Below, in pieces: positions 26,048 through 40,622 of a DNA stretch of 64,000 nucleotides. How positions within the stretch are numbered: the first letter of the stretch is position 1; the number at the start of each line of letters is the position of its first letter. Under the pieces are notes generated by a model. That model searched no databases and was not told the origin of the DNA. It saw only the letters and a list, made by a program, of their open reading frames with translations. The stretch covers positions 170,709,316-170,773,315 of the forward strand of contig NC_068981.1 in NCBI RefSeq assembly GCF_001194135.2, read 5' to 3'. A program made the translations under genes and the position numbers. This stretch comes from Octopus bimaculoides (Eukaryota).

Positions 26048-26723
26048 NNNNNNNNNNNNNNNNNNNNNNNNNNNNNNNNNNNNNNNNNNNNNNNNNNNNN
26101 NNNNNNNNNNNNNNNNNNNNNNNNNNNNNNNNNNNNNNNNNNNNNNNNNNNNNNNNNNNNNNNNNNNNNNNNNNNNNNNNNNNNNNNNNNNNNNNNNNNN
26201 NNNNNNNNNNNNNNNNNNNNNNNNNNNNNNNNNNNNNNNNNNNNNNNNNNNNNNNNNNNNNNNNNNNNNNNNNNNNNNNNNNNNNNNNNNNNNNNNNNNN
26301 NNNNNNNNNNNNNNNNNNNNNNNNNNNNNNNNNNNNNNNNNNNNNNNNNNNNNNNNNNNNNNNNNNNNNNNNNNNNNNNNNNNNNNNNNNNNNNNNNNNN
26401 NNNNNNNNNNNNNNNNNNNNNNNNNNNNNNNNNNNNNNNNNNNNNNNNNNNNNNNNNNNNNNNNNNNNNNNNNNNNNNNNNNNNNNNNNNNNNNNNNNNN
26501 NNNNNNNNNNNNNNNNNNNNNNNNNNNNNNNNNNNNNNNNNNNNNNNNNNNNNNNNNNNNNNNNNNNNNNNNNNNNNNNNNNNNNNNNNNNNNNNNNNNN
26601 NNNNNNNNNNNNNNNNNNNNNNNNNNNNNNNNNNNNNNNNNNNNNNNNNNNNNNNNNNNNNNNNNNNNNNNNNNNNNNNNNNNNNNNNNNNNNNNNNNNN
26701 NNNNNNNNNNNNNNNNNNNNNNN

Positions 26724-26756
<33 letters not shown>

Positions 26757-27479
26757 GTGTATGTACGTGTGCGCGTGTTTGTTCGCATTTATATATAGGA
26801 GTGTAGGAGAGGCATATTAACGGACGGAGACAGAGATAGATAGATAGGTTTCTATGTATTGGGCTTCATGTGTTTTGGTGGTCATGTAGTAATGAGTATT
26901 TGTGTAAGATCACTATAACTGACACCATAATCATTATCCATTGTACATTTCAATTTAGTTTGAATTGACGTTATATTTTACCTTACCTTTGGAAACCTGA
27001 TATCGATTACGAGTTGTACAGTTCACCCATTTTGCATAAAGTATACGTAATCACATTATATTAGCTCAAACATTTCCTAGAGGAAATTATATCGTAAAAC
27101 GTTTGTTTGTAGCACCACTGCTTCGAATCATGTCAATTTGGGTAACCAAATTTGATGGAGACAGAGCTGGGATAAAATTGGGATTGTATGCTTTCAGATA
27201 AGATTTTGATTGATGGTGTCATCTCCCTAAACGTCTGATTACCTCTGATATGCTTCGTCATCAACAATATTTATTTTGCTATATATATCTCTTTAGTGAA
27301 AAAGGTTGTTTCGCTTGGTGTACTTTCAGAGACTTATAATGACGACAATAGGGAATCACGAACAACTCCGGGTTATAAATTAGAATTAAATGATATTAGC
27401 GGTGTAACTAGAACTCCGATTTATCATAGCCCTGATATACCATCACTCAAAAGTAACAAGTAATATCTAAAAAGGTCAT

Positions 27480-28780
27480 TCAGTCCGCGTCATGGTCCCA
27501 GTAGACCAAACATAAAAGGCGTTGCCCCGGATGCTGGCAATGTAGATCAGCCACTGACTCACAGGCACCCCACTTGTGGATAGTCGTCTCCGCATTGATA
27601 GCAGTGAGCAAAAATGTCGCTTGGGGGCCGAAAACGTGTGAGGTCACCCCTGCCACAGCATCGGCCACAAATATATGAGAGCGTCGGTTATTTGATAGTC
27701 TGTCCATCTCGGTTTGAGGAGAAGGGAAGCCAAGGCGGAATGGTAAGATTGACATGCTATCTGGTTATTTATCAGCCCTGGTGGTTCGAGCTGGGTAGGT
27801 GATCCGCGGCGTTGTATGATCTGATTGAGAGCAACATAGGGTGAAATGTGACCAGCACTATAATCGTATGACAATGAGTGACGGCCGGAGAATCTACAAT
27901 GGATCTGCACTGGCATCTGTGAGGGTCACAAATCTGGAAGCCAAGCCTCGGGGAAATACTGGTGCGCAGACAGTTGCCATCAAGCTGACAGTCAGTCTAG
28001 AGTGATCACCTGCGTTAGGCTGCGGGGTTGGGAAGACCAGCGGAAACATACCATACGGTACTGCTGAAATCGGTGAACTAGCCCGACCGAAATCATTATA
28101 CACTGCATAGGGTCATATTTGTTTTAGGGATGAATGGACATCCGTCAAGGCAGGATGGGAATGGACGTTTGCAGTGCAGAGACCAACTGGCTCCGAGGCG
28201 CATAGGTTGTTTCACGATCCCCACAAAACAGGAGTTTTAGTTAAATAATGGAGAACATTATTGATGAGGACATTATGGATGAGAACATTATTGATGAGGA
28301 AATCAACGACGAGAAAAATGCCTGGAAAACCGGTGAGGTAGGAGACCGGAAGCCGAGGCCACTATATTGACGGGTGCGGCGGCCTTTTGTCATCCGGTGC
28401 CGTCAAATCGGACGTTGTATATCCTTTCAGCAACCCGCTGAATACAGGCGTCCAGATCTGTGATGAAATACGCGTTGCTGTAAAATAAGCACTGTGAAAG
28501 TTATGGAGAAGCTTCCGTCGGGGTGTGTCTTCTTCCTTGTTCCTGATATCGAGAAGGCGTGCTGAAAAGAAGAGGAATAAGTGTTCAGAGCACCATCAAT
28601 GAATTTGTTGAGAGCCGTAATTGCACTCAACACGCTGTGCCGGTCTTGACATTAAGAGGTAACAGGATGTCTTTGAGATAGCCGAGGAGAGAGTATTGAC
28701 ACTTCTGCTTCTATTGAAAGAGAAAGACCCCAGCACAAAGAGGATGTCTTTTTCGGAGGCTATCTAAAGCGGTTGAGGAT
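27480..28780. other. GC-elevated, microsatellite-free block, probably a decayed retroelement (Gypsy gag/protease-like or other)
   Basis: Composition differs clearly from the flanks. The minus frames show only weak gag/protease-like words (FPEAW, YVALNQ, LEPP, LTAINAETTIHKWG). Confidence 0.3.
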
Positions 28781-31700
28781 CGGGGGTAGCATCTCGCGCA
28801 CACACAGACGCGCGCGCGCACGCACATGCATACATACACACACATATTTAAATATATATGTTCATATATGTGTGTGCGTATGTGTGTACGTATGTGCTTG
28901 CGTGAGTGTGTGCGTGTGTGTGTGTGTGTGTGTGTATGCTTCTTTATATTTGTATGCATAAAAAAGAACGATTAATTTGGTTTGAATAATTAATCTACAT
29001 TCATTTCAGGCTACGTGTATAAGGCCATTTCATCCGATAAGATAAGATGTAATTCATTGGAGAATGTGACTTCTACATCCAATTCCATAGCAATGTCTGT
29101 ATTGAAGAGTTGTACCAACTTTTTTTATTTTCCCATACTTCTTCTTATGGTGTGATATATGAGCAGATTGGTGTTTCTAGCAGATCGAATCACCACGTAG
29201 AGGTTTCTTGTTTACGATTATCAGAGCTCCTCTTGTTCTTTACACGTTCATGTGCATGTTTTGCTATAATAATTTATCTAGAATAAATTATGCTTCATAT
29301 GAGAGAAAACTTTAGGTTTCCTGAAATGACTTACATACATAAGAGTATAATTTTCTTTCTTCTTGTGGTTTCTTAAATCTAGTTTGGCAATGATCTCATA
29401 GTCAATCCTTCCTCGCAAGGAGCTCGCTGATGCACGACCGTCGTGGCTTGTTGATTATCTCTTTTCAGAGTTTCAGAATAGAAACGTCTACCTGTGTTTG
29501 ATTTAAGTATACATTCGATTATTATATCATTCGCTTTCTAAATTAATTATGAACATTTCTCTTCGATATGCGTTGCTGGACAGAAATCTTCTTCAGTTGC
29601 CTGACATCTTGATTGTTGCAAACTTACTACGAAATCTCGAACGCTAAATCAGTTTGAAATCTAAATTTCGACTGTACTTGAAAAATCTTACAGTAGCTAA
29701 TATTGCCTATATTTGTTTCTGTTTCTGTTATTATTTTAGCGTAGTTTCTGAAGATTCTGCCAGCTACTTTCCGAGATTTGTCTACTTTCGATATCAATTG
29801 AGAGGAAAATAGTATTACTCATCAAGACACATGGAATACTCCTAAAATATTTAATATATAATAACGAACAGTAACAATAGATTATTCCTTGAACAAGTAT
29901 ATCAGTATAGGTAACACTGTAATAAAAATATCAACTAACATATTTTATGTATATAAAATATTAACAGATAATCGAATAACGTTATTCTTTTCTCTTGATA
30001 TATGTCTCTGTCTGTGGACGTCGAAGAAATACACCATGAGTTTCCATCACTAGCCTAGTACTTAAAAATGCTATAGGAATTTAACATTTTCACTGTACAT
30101 ACATACATTTTTGGAGCAATCATATCTATGTTGGAATAGAAAACAATCAAAGATTTTCAAACTGCTAATGTACAGACCACACACAAACAGTGAGCTTAAA
30201 GAGCTGCCATTTATGCATCATTATAATGAAAATGTTACCTATGACTTGTTAGTTGTCATGTTCTTAAACATCTCTTAATACATATCTTAAGAAGAGACTG
30301 CGAACATAAGCAGTGACTCAATTAAGGTGACAGAAATTATGGATACTACGATATTTCTTTTGTGATATTCACTGCAAATAAAAAGTAATATCCGTTTTAA
30401 AACTGTTCACGTTGGATTACGTATACATTTAGCAGCATTTGCACATACCAAACCATCTATAATATACATATATACACTAAAACATACAGACGCATGTACA
30501 TAGCTATATACATATACAGACATGTATAGGTAAGACATAAAATACATATACAAATGCATATATATATATATAAATATGTACATGGGTATATATATATATA
30601 TATCTATATATATATATATATATATNNNNNNNNNNNNNNNNNNNNNNNNNNNNNNNNNNNNNNNNNNNNNNNNNNNNNNNNNNNNNNNNNNNNNNNNATA
30701 TATTTATATATATATATATATATGCACACACATGCACACGCATAAAATCGCCTGGCGTATATTTATACACGTTAGGTGTTACAAGATCAGAACATATTAA
30801 CTATGGGGAGGAGGAATAAAACAGCGGACAATCTTGAGCTAGGCAGTTACTAAAGCTGTATCACTTTATCTTATTAACTGAGCTTGATACCCAACTCATT
30901 AGTACGTTTTCCGGATAAAGAATATTTTGTAATTTATATTTAATATGTTCTCCCTATTATGTTTGTTGTTGTTCTTGTTTATTTACGTAACTGTCTATGA
31001 CAACATCTCAGCTGTTCATCATTGACACTTTTTTAAAGCAGTATATTTCTATAGTATGCTTAATATAATGTAATTTATCCTCGTTTTTAAAGGACAAGAA
31101 TGATATGAGTGTTGTTCATCTGCATTTTCCAGCAAGTTGAATAATAAAGTAATGATTCAAATTCGCTTAGTTGTCCCTGTGTGTGCCAAATGATATTGAG
31201 ATAGACAGATTGGATTCGATAAAGGAACCATATTTACGATTTGATTGAACTATTTAGGAATTGTTGTTAAGGTTAAATTATCGATAAAAATGCGCTCACA
31301 GACAAAAATAACTATTACGAACAATTTGGGGGGATAATACTTGGGATAGGGTCATAAGAACCAGAACAAATCAAGAAAATAAGAGCAGTAATGTAGAGTT
31401 AGGTAATGATCTAGATTTATATGATGGACGTATGCTTTTGATGGAAGAGAGAGATTTTTACGGAATAAGAGATGCGGGAGCAATTGGGTAAATGCAAACT
31501 AATCAAGTGAAGATATGTTTAAACAATACGTTTTAAATTCAATGGTTATATTTTTATTCTTTCAACGTGAAAAATAAAACAAATACACAACGAACGCCAC
31601 TACGTGCATCGAAAGCGATATGTAATCTGGTACTACATCACAAGAGGCGGAATTTATTTAAAAATAGATTTAAACATGATATTATATTCCTTCTCTTCAG

Positions 31701-32403
31701 AATATATATTTTACATGAAATTCATATCTCAAAGGGTTCCTGTTCCTTAAAATCAATTCTCATAAGGCAGGTCTGCTTTAAATATCAAGGTTTCCCGAAG
31801 TAATATAGCTTTTATAAAATAAAATTACATATAAAAATCACCGGTAATATGCTTATTACAAATGTACATAACTACAGTTGAACTATCTATCTGGTATAAT
31901 GTTTTCAAATCTTATTTTTATATCTATTTCTATATTTCGAAATATGAAAGCTGTGCAAACTGCATTCCATTTTAGTACCATTAACAATCCCATTGGAATC
32001 CATCCTTTATCATAAATATTTTCAATGATTTTATTTAACGGAGGCTCAATATTAAAATCTGATTATTTACTTATATTAAAACATAAGCAGGACTCAAATT
32101 GTCGATAATCTATTTTCTTCTATATGAAATGTTTCATCTATCTGCCTAAACCTCTACGTTATAATATTGAAATTAATTGATAATATTAGCTGTGTGATAT
32201 CAATTGAAGATTTGATATTAAAGAGAGATAGCAGGGTTTGTTTTTAATTTAGAGAATGCAAAACCCTGCTGTCATTAATTCCTTTCCTTCCAACATTCCA
32301 CCTGAAACGTTGGATAATCTATTCCTCATGGCAAGATAACTTTACTCTTTGCATTGATTTTATCACATTACACACACACATACACACACACGTACGCACG
32401 CAC

Positions 32404-32436
<33 letters not shown>

Positions 32437-32455
32437 TATATATATATATACTTGC

Positions 32456-32507
<52 letters not shown>

Positions 32508-32635
32508 CATACATGCATGAATGCATACATACATTCATACATACATGCATGCATGCATACATACATACATACATACATACACACATACTTACATATATAC
32601 ATACATACGTACGTACATACATACATACATACATA

Positions 32636-33420
32636 AGGAGTTAACACCGAAGATATCACCCATATCATAAGCAGTTGTCCGAAAATGTCATTATGATATT
32701 ATCTACCGATGAGATATTATGTTGTAGCCACAACATTATATAATGATATCTGACGAAAGGGGGACAAAGAAATAGAAACTCACAGTATCGTAGAAGCCAT
32801 AGCCGCTCATAATAAAAAGGTGTACTGGTTGAATGTCCCAGTAAAAACCTCAGTAGCATCTAAACACAATAGACCTGATATAATGATTTGGGAAAGACAA
32901 GAGAAACTGTGTACAGTTGTGGAAATCAGCTGCCCAGCGCATGATAACATAAAACTGAAGATCAGTGAAAAATAGAATACATTCTCTGAACTATAGAGAA
33001 ATTTGCAGTTACTCTATCCAGATTACGAGTTCAGATTTACACTTGTAATTATTAGGGCACTAGGATATGTAACACACTGCCTAAATACTAATCTGGAGAA
33101 ATTAGGCTACTCAAAATCAGAAAGGAGAAAGCTGATTCGAAGACTACAGATATAAGCCATCACTGGAACATTAAAAATCCATAAAACTTTTCAGAAGTTT
33201 ATGATTTAAGTTTCTATGAGCATAACTAGTAAATCAAGTATATGCATAAGAAGCCATACATAAAATAAAACATACAAATCTGCACGTATACATACATACA
33301 TACATTCATACATACAAAATACCCTGTTGTTGATGTTGAAATTGCAATGACCTTGGATCTTGGTCAAAAAATGGATCCTTCTCTATTGGCAAGAAATCTT
33401 GAAATAAAACTGAATAATGA
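32636..33420 (+). mobile_element. 5'-truncated REL-endonuclease non-LTR retrotransposon (R4/Dong-like), CATA-associated family, copy 2
   Basis: The frame reads EDITHIISSC (end of the CCHC knuckle)...KHNRPDIMIWERQEKLCTVVEISCP (PD-D/E nuclease)...GTLKIHKTF, with stops, followed by a 3' UTR. It starts immediately after a (CATA)n array and ends AATGA|CATAC. Confidence 0.9.
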
Positions 33421-33590
33421 CATACACAACGCTTTTCTGACAACAGGCTAGGGTTAGGGTTTCCCAATTAGGGACAGATTACTTCAATTTGATTAGGGAT
33501 GTTGAGAAGCGAAAGTTTTCACATTACTGAACAAAATATTGGGACAAACTGACTTTTATATGCTTGGTGTAGACTGTCATTGGGTTAAAG

Positions 33591-33995
33591 CAGTGGTTCC
33601 CAACCCTTTTATTTAAACAATTTTTCCCACGGACCCCTTTTAACATGCTCATCCNNNNNNNNNNNNNNNNNNNNNNNNNNNNNNNNNNNNNNNNNNNNNN
33701 NNNNNNNNNNNNNNNNNNNNNNNNNNNNNNNNNNNNNNNNNNNNNNNNNNNNNNNNNNNNNNNNNNNNNNNNNNNNNNNNNNNNNNNNNNNNNNNNNNNN
33801 NNNNNNNNNNNNNNNNNNNNNNNNNATATATATTTGTTTTGCAAGATTTTTGATTATTGGCTAAACTGGCAACATGACCATCCCCAAATACAGCAATATA
33901 TATATATATATATAATTTTCAATTTAGCTCACAGACATCCAGTGCTACCTTTGTGGACCACCAGGGGTCCGCAGACTCCAAGTTTGGAACCACTG
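33591..33995. mobile_element. hAT-type MITE (gap inside)
   Basis: TIRs are CAGTGGTTCCCAAC and GTTTGGAACCACTG. The 8-bp TSD is GGTTAAAG (33583-33590) and GGTTAAAT (33996-34003). Confidence 0.85.
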
Positions 33996-36900
33996 GGTTA
34001 AATGGGAAAACACACCAGGGTAAACTTACTTTGAATTTGTGTAAATGACAGAGATATTGAGGGAAAGAGAAATGAAAAAGAGCACAGAATGACATTGTTA
34101 CATTGGAAACAAAATGTCAAAATATGTTTTTGTTTTGTATTTTGTACATCATAAGCAGCGCATCATTATAATTTTCCTTTTAGACAGCAAATAATTCATC
34201 ATTTTACTTTCATTTGGAGAAGAATATATGTCAAGAAAATTTACATATCCCTGCTACTGTATTTATGCTTTTCGTATTTAAATAGTTTCCTTTTCCCGAC
34301 ACACCTAATATTCTCGACATGCTAAGTTACAAAACGTATGACTCATGCTCAAATTAATATTATTTTCTCATTTACTCCTGATGTCAGCCATTCCATAATA
34401 TCAAATTGAACAGAGTGAAAATATAAACATATCTTTAATTAAAACAAATTACATACTAATGTGAAAAATATATTCAAGATAGCCCAAAATCAAATAAAAT
34501 CTAAAAAAAAAGAAACATTAAGAGACAACCCGAAATATTAACATTTAATTTTGTGTGATTTGAGGAACGCAAACACCGTACAGTGTAACAATTTTAATAT
34601 CATGAATCGAACAATTAATACTCCTCTAGATATGCTTAAAATCTAAGAAGGAATGCATGCGGTAATTCGAATAAAATCACTTGGTGTTAATGTTTGGATT
34701 GTTTGCCAACAATTTGCAGATGCAAGTGCAACCAGTTGAAATCTCTACATACCAAATGCTGTCAAGTTTATTGGGTCATCAGGAGGGAATGCTAGCATCT
34801 GGTGTGCGGAGATTATTAAGAATGCATTAATGGAAATTGTGGTAGTAGTAAATTATTTTCATTGTGGTTAAAAAAATATTTAATAAGGCCTTCAGTTATA
34901 TGCACGAAGAGAAAATATGCGGGTAAATATTTATTTAACTCATTTTCGAAATTTGAATAAGCTTATAATGTGAATCTAGTACTACGAACAGCTAAGTTTT
35001 TTATATGTATCTAGTAATACATAAAATTATATTTTAGTTTATATCTCTGAGTTGCCTAATATGAGTGGAATACAGAGGGTGATATGAAACTTTCGAAAAC
35101 AAAAAAATTAATCAAACAGCACAAAGTTAATGAGTTTTCCGCCAAATTTTTATTTTGAAATTTGTCTAGGAGAAAACTTTAAATATCTTCAATAAATATT
35201 TTCGAATAGCATTTCATATAAGTACGCAATTTTATTGATTTTAGGATGTTAAAAACTTTCAAATCTTTTGGCTGAATAATTGTGGTGATAGTCAAAACTA
35301 TTCGTATGAAGCAACACAATATCACAGTTGACATGGATCTAAACAATATCATTTTTAGTCGACATGGATTATCTTACTGTTTGTATATATTGTAATTATA
35401 ATAGATCACTGGCAAATATTGTATTTATAATTTGGTTTTAAAATGACTATGACACTTCTTGGACATTTTAACATTGGAGCCACTTTCTTAGCTGAATAAT
35501 ATCAAGTTTCTGTCTGAATTTTTATGAAGAAATTTTACTCATGAGGAGATATGCTGTAATAGAAAACTAACGAGTGTGTAGATAAACAATATGCAATGTC
35601 TAGACTCATTATTTAAAGTAGGTTTTACTCTAATTGCTTTATTTACATACTAACAAGAATGTATACACGTATTGCTTTGTTAATGCTATCACATTACACA
35701 GTAATTTACTCACATAATTTTGGCAATAAATACTTTGCAAAATGACAATTAAATAACCTGTTAGGTTGTTTTAATGATGTGTGGTCTAGCTCAGGCTTGA
35801 TATAGCAAACATATTTTCCGTAGAGCGTAAACCAAAAACTATATTTACCATCTAACCAACATTCTATTGATAGAAATCCTGGATAGTTTACCGCCTTTCT
35901 GTTTCATCGCCATGTTATACAGCCACATTTAGTAATTCGCGATGTCGTTTTTGGAACGATTTCGTCATTGAAATTATCTAACATGCTCTCACTGACAATG
36001 GCACTTCTCTTTTTAATCATATGTGAGCAGACGGTTAAAATCACTGTGAAAAACTATTTACAGATGACCACTTCTTCAGAATCTTCTTCGACATTCAGAC
36101 AAATATTTCCATGAATATAGTGAGATGAAGTCGTTCAGATTCGGGATTTGTTCTAAAGATGATATTTTGTATGGGAAACATAGATAATACGATAACTTAA
36201 TGTGTTAGCTTCATATGTATTGAAGATATGTTAGCTCTTCCTAGTAAAGATCAAGAAGTTAGAGGTGCCACGTGATGTAGCCTTTATAAAGCTGATGACT
36301 AACGATCCCTTTCACAACACTGGGGTTTTGAGTACGCTGTTCCAGATGGCTAGTACACTATTTTAAAAGATCAGCTTGTTTTTGAAAGATGTTATGCATG
36401 TGTATGCATGTATAGGCTTATGTATGTATATACGTGTGTGTGTATGTATATATATGCCAATGCGTACGTACATGAGTATGGGTGCGTACGTGTGTATGTG
36501 TGTGCGCCCGCATATGAGTGTGTGTGTGTGTTTCTGTGCATGTGTGTGTGTGTGTTTCTGTGCATGTGTGTGTATGTGAGAAAGAGTGTGAAAGTGCATG
36601 ATGAGTTTACGAAAGTTGCAAGGGAATTTACATACGTTTCAGAAACTTATATATGCGTCTGTGAAAGCGTGCATGTAAATGTGAGAAATGAAGGAATTAC
36701 GTGCATACAATTAATTAAGCGTTTGACAAAATGTTACTACTACGCAATAAGAAAAATATTTAATTTATTTGCTGAATCCCAGGTGTATCATTTGATAGTG
36801 TGTTGTACATATTTATTATGTTGCTCTTATTCTCATTATACATTTAGTATTTCATATAGAGTGGTTTTCGTTTCCAAATAAAAAGACAGAATCACTAGCA

Positions 36901-37636
36901 TGTGTCATACATCACACACACACGTGCACAGGAATACACATACGCTCACACACACGCTTGCACACATACACACACACTCGTGTATAGCTATGAATATTTG
37001 TTTTTGTTTAATAAGGACCCTGTGTATTATTTTCTATACTAACCTGTTCGTCGTCCTAACAGTAACAGCGCGTACATTTTCCTAATTATCAGAATATTTC
37101 TGACGTCACTTTTAATCGGAATGATCCACAAGTATATCCGCGTTGTTATTCAGATTTAATTCCCAAGAAGACTGCTAATTACAGCTGCTATGTTTAGAGA
37201 AAGGAACGAATTCAAGAGTTCTGCTAATTACAGCTGTCAGGAAAACCGCAATATAAAATGTTTAACCAAATAAAAACAAGATATATAAGCGTGTGTATAT
37301 GCGTGTGAGAGGAAGACAGAGAGACAGACAGACAGATAGGGCTTGTGCATAGAGAAAGATTGTAACGAAGGCAAGACATTCGTGGTGCCTAACAGCAATA
37401 TGAGGCATTCAACGAATAAAATTGAATCAAACGAAGATGCACATTCAAAGATTGTGACAGAAGAAATGAAGGAATTATTCTGAGATAAATCAGTTTTATA
37501 TGCTGAACTGATAATATATTTTATATCATGTAATTTTACAAAAGGAAATATGTAGAAGAAACGCTTACTTAGATAAAAACACAGAGAGAAATTTTAGTGC
37601 AAAAATCAGTTATACATATATTTATATATATATGTA

Positions 37637-38874
37637 CAGGGGTTGGACAAAATAATGGAAACACTTAGCATTATGGCATCATAATTTTGACATATCTTTA
37701 GAACCGTCAAAAGCTTGTTTATTTTTGTCTTTTTATTTATTATTAGTGTTGCTTAGTATGTCTTGCTAAATTTGCTGTTTCTTTTCAGATATCATCAGAA
37801 AAGTTATTTAAAATTTATTAAAATGACAGATCTATCGAACTTTCAAAGAGGTCGAATTGTTGGTGCTCGTATGGCCGGAGTTAGCGTAACGAAAACAGCC
37901 GAAATGTTTGGTGTATCAGGAGGTTCTGTCTCGAAAGGGATGACAAAGTTTGAGAAAGAGGAAAAACCTCCTCATCCAAACAAAACTCCGGAAGAAAACC
38001 AAAACTTTCAGATAGGGACCGTCGGATTCTTACGCGAATTGTTAGAAAGGATCACAAAAGTACATCTCCCAAAAATTACTGCAGAGCTTAAGGACCACAT
38101 CGAGAAACCAGTTTCCACAAAAACTATTCGCCGGGAGCTATGCAAAGCTGGATTTCACAGGAGGGCTGCATTCAGAAAACCACTACTTTCAAAAACAAAT
38201 GTTGAAAGGCGTTTAGAGTGGAGTAGTTGAAGAATGTTATTTTCTCAGATGAGTCATCCTTTACCTTATTTCCGACTACTGGTCGAGTATACATGTGGAA
38301 ACAGCCACATGAAGCATTTGACCCAGACTGCCTTCTTCCAATTGTTAAATATACAGGAGAATCTGTAATGATCTGGGGGAGCTATATCTTGGAAATCTGC
38401 CGGACCAATGGTTTCCCTTCATGGCAGAATTAATAGTCAAGTCTATTTAAGCATCTGATCAAATACATCCTATGGTTGCGAAACTGTTTCCGGAGGGAAA
38501 CGCAATCTATCAGGATGATAATGCACCAATTCCCACAGTTAAAGTTGTTCCTGAATGGCACGAGGAACATTCTAGTGAAGTTGAATATCTTATCTGGCCA
38601 CCACATTCTCTAGATCTCGATATCATTGAACAGTTACGGGGCATTTTAGAAGAACAAGTAAGCAGTCGATATCCTCCACCATCATCACCACAAGAACTAG
38701 AGACTATTTTAGCTGAAGAACGGACAAATATTGCTTTGGGAACAATTCAAACTTTATACGAGTCCATAAGTTGTAGAATTCAAACTGTAATTACTACCAA
38801 AGGCGGTCGTGCTCCCATATAAACAAAATTTTTTTAAAATTTTAGGGTGATTCCATTATTTTGTCCAACTCCTC
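37637..38874 (+). mobile_element. Full-length but inactivated Tc1-like transposon with DD36E spacing (Incomer-like); transposase from ATG 37823 to ~38822
   Basis: It has 28-bp TIRs (CAGGGGTTGGACAAAATAATGGAAACAC) and TA on both flanks. Frames read MTDLSNFQRGRIVGARMAG..., FSDESSFTLFPTTGRVY and YQDDNAP...WPPHSLDLDIIE, with 36 residues between the second D and E. Frameshifts and stops are present. Confidence 0.92.
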
Positions 38875-39306
38875 TATATATGTATGTGTATATACATATA
38901 TATATATATATATATANNNNNNNNNNNNNNNNNNNNNNNNNNNNNNNNNNNNNNNNNNNNNNNNNNNNNNNNNNNNNNNNNNNNNNNNNNNNNNNNNNNN
39001 NNNNNNNNNNNNNNNNNNNNNNNNNNNNNNNNNNNNNNNNNNNNNNNNNNNNNNNNNNNNNNNNNNNNNNNNNNNNNNNNNNNNNNNNNNNNNNNNNNNN
39101 NNNNNNNNNNNNNNNNNNNNNNNNNNNNNNNNNNNNNNNNNNNNNNNNNNNNNNNNNNNNNNNNNNNNNNNNNNNNNNNNNNNNNNNNNNNNNNNNNNNN
39201 NNNNNNNNNNNNNNNNNNNNNNNNNNNNNNNNNNNNNNNNNNNNNNNNNNNNNNNNNNNNNNNNNNNNNNNNNNNNNNNNNNNNNNNNNNNNNNNNNNNN
39301 NNNNNN

Positions 39307-40355
39307 ATTAAGACTATTCTGCAGAGACCTGAATAAGTGGAAATCCGAAGGAACAATATTTGGTGAATATGGAGGGTGGGGTAACACATCCCAGCCGAGC
39401 TGAAGCAATTTTTCTCTGGTTCCCCCAAAACGTTCGGTCTTGCATTATCATGTTGGAAACCAACACACTTCCTGTTGGCCAATTCTGGACGTTGCTCTTG
39501 AATTGCTGATTTTAACTCATTTGTGTGCAGTATTTCTCAGAATTAATTGTCTGGTTACTTGGGAGAAGCTCATAGTACAGAATTCCTTTCCAATCCCACA
39601 AAGCAAGACTTTTTAGGGTGAAGACACGCTTTTGGGGTGGCTAAAGGTGGCTCATGTCGCTTACTCCAGGATTGATTTCTCTGAACATTTCGGTAGACAA
39701 TCCATTTCTCATCACCTATCACAATTTGCTTTGAAAAAGGTGCGTTTACATTCCGTTTATAAAGCAAATCACAGATGGAAATGCGATCCAAAATGTTCTT
39801 CTCACTCAACTCACGTGGTACCCAAACATCTTAGTGATTTGCGTACCCAAGCTTTACCAGGTGCTCATGACTGACGGATTTTGATAGGTTGAGGCTTTCT
39901 GCCAATTCTCGGTTTGTGCAATATGGGTCATTCTCAATTAATGACTTGATTTGGTCATCATCTGTAGTGGATGGTCTGCCTGATCGCTCTTTATCAATAA
40001 GGCTACAATCTCCAGCTCGGAACCTTGCGAACCACTTCCGTACAGTTCTTTCGGATTAAGAAACATCACCGTAAACTGCGCATATTTCTTTTGGATACTT
40101 GTGAGGTATTTTTCCCCTTTACGGGAAAAGAAAAGCATCAAGTGCCGAAAATGAAGTTTCTTATCTTCCATGTTAAAGCGTTACAGAATTAATACAGTTT
40201 ATAGGAACATAAACCTTCTTCCAGGAAAGGATAGCTTAAACTGTCCTCTAAATGGAAGTGCAGTCAAATCCTATTTTATGGACTCAACCATGTTCTAAAA
40301 TAAGTCGAAAGGTAAGCTACTATCAATTGGCACAAACTTTCCGGTCAACCCAATA
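39307..40355 (-). mobile_element. Mariner DD34D transposon, decayed; 3' end lost in gap
   Basis: The minus frames read MEDKKLHFRHLMLF, IVIGDEKWIVY, FQHDNARP and HPPYSPNIVPSDFHLFRSLQN. The 5' TIR is TATTGGGTTGACCGGAAAGTTTGTGCC at ~40328-40355. Confidence 0.9.
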
Positions 40356-40550
40356 TATATAACAAATATTTTGAAAATGCGATCTACGCCTAAACACTGA
40401 TACATATATTTCTCTTGAAGCGTAGCTATACACGAATATATATAAATATCGTTTTAGACAGAAGGATAAATATCTGAGTGAGAAACAGTTGTTATTGCGA
40501 TTTAATATGTACATATTTAGTCTTCTGATTTTTTTTTTATTCACTTTAAG

Positions 40551-40622
40551 TTTCATACCGTAGATAGTTTCATACCGTAGATAGTTTCATACCGTAGATA
40601 GTTTCATACCGTAGATAGTTTC
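40551..40622. repeat. 17-bp minisatellite x4
   Basis: The unit TTTCATACCGTAGATAG is repeated perfectly four times. Confidence 0.95.

Noticed and set aside
34715-34850. Possible host exon (ttgcag acceptor; frame ASAPVEISTYQMLSSLLGHQEGMLASG, vaguely WD40-like)
   Set aside because: The donor site is weak, there are no supporting neighbouring exons, and the GH-to-LASG spacing is too short for WD40.
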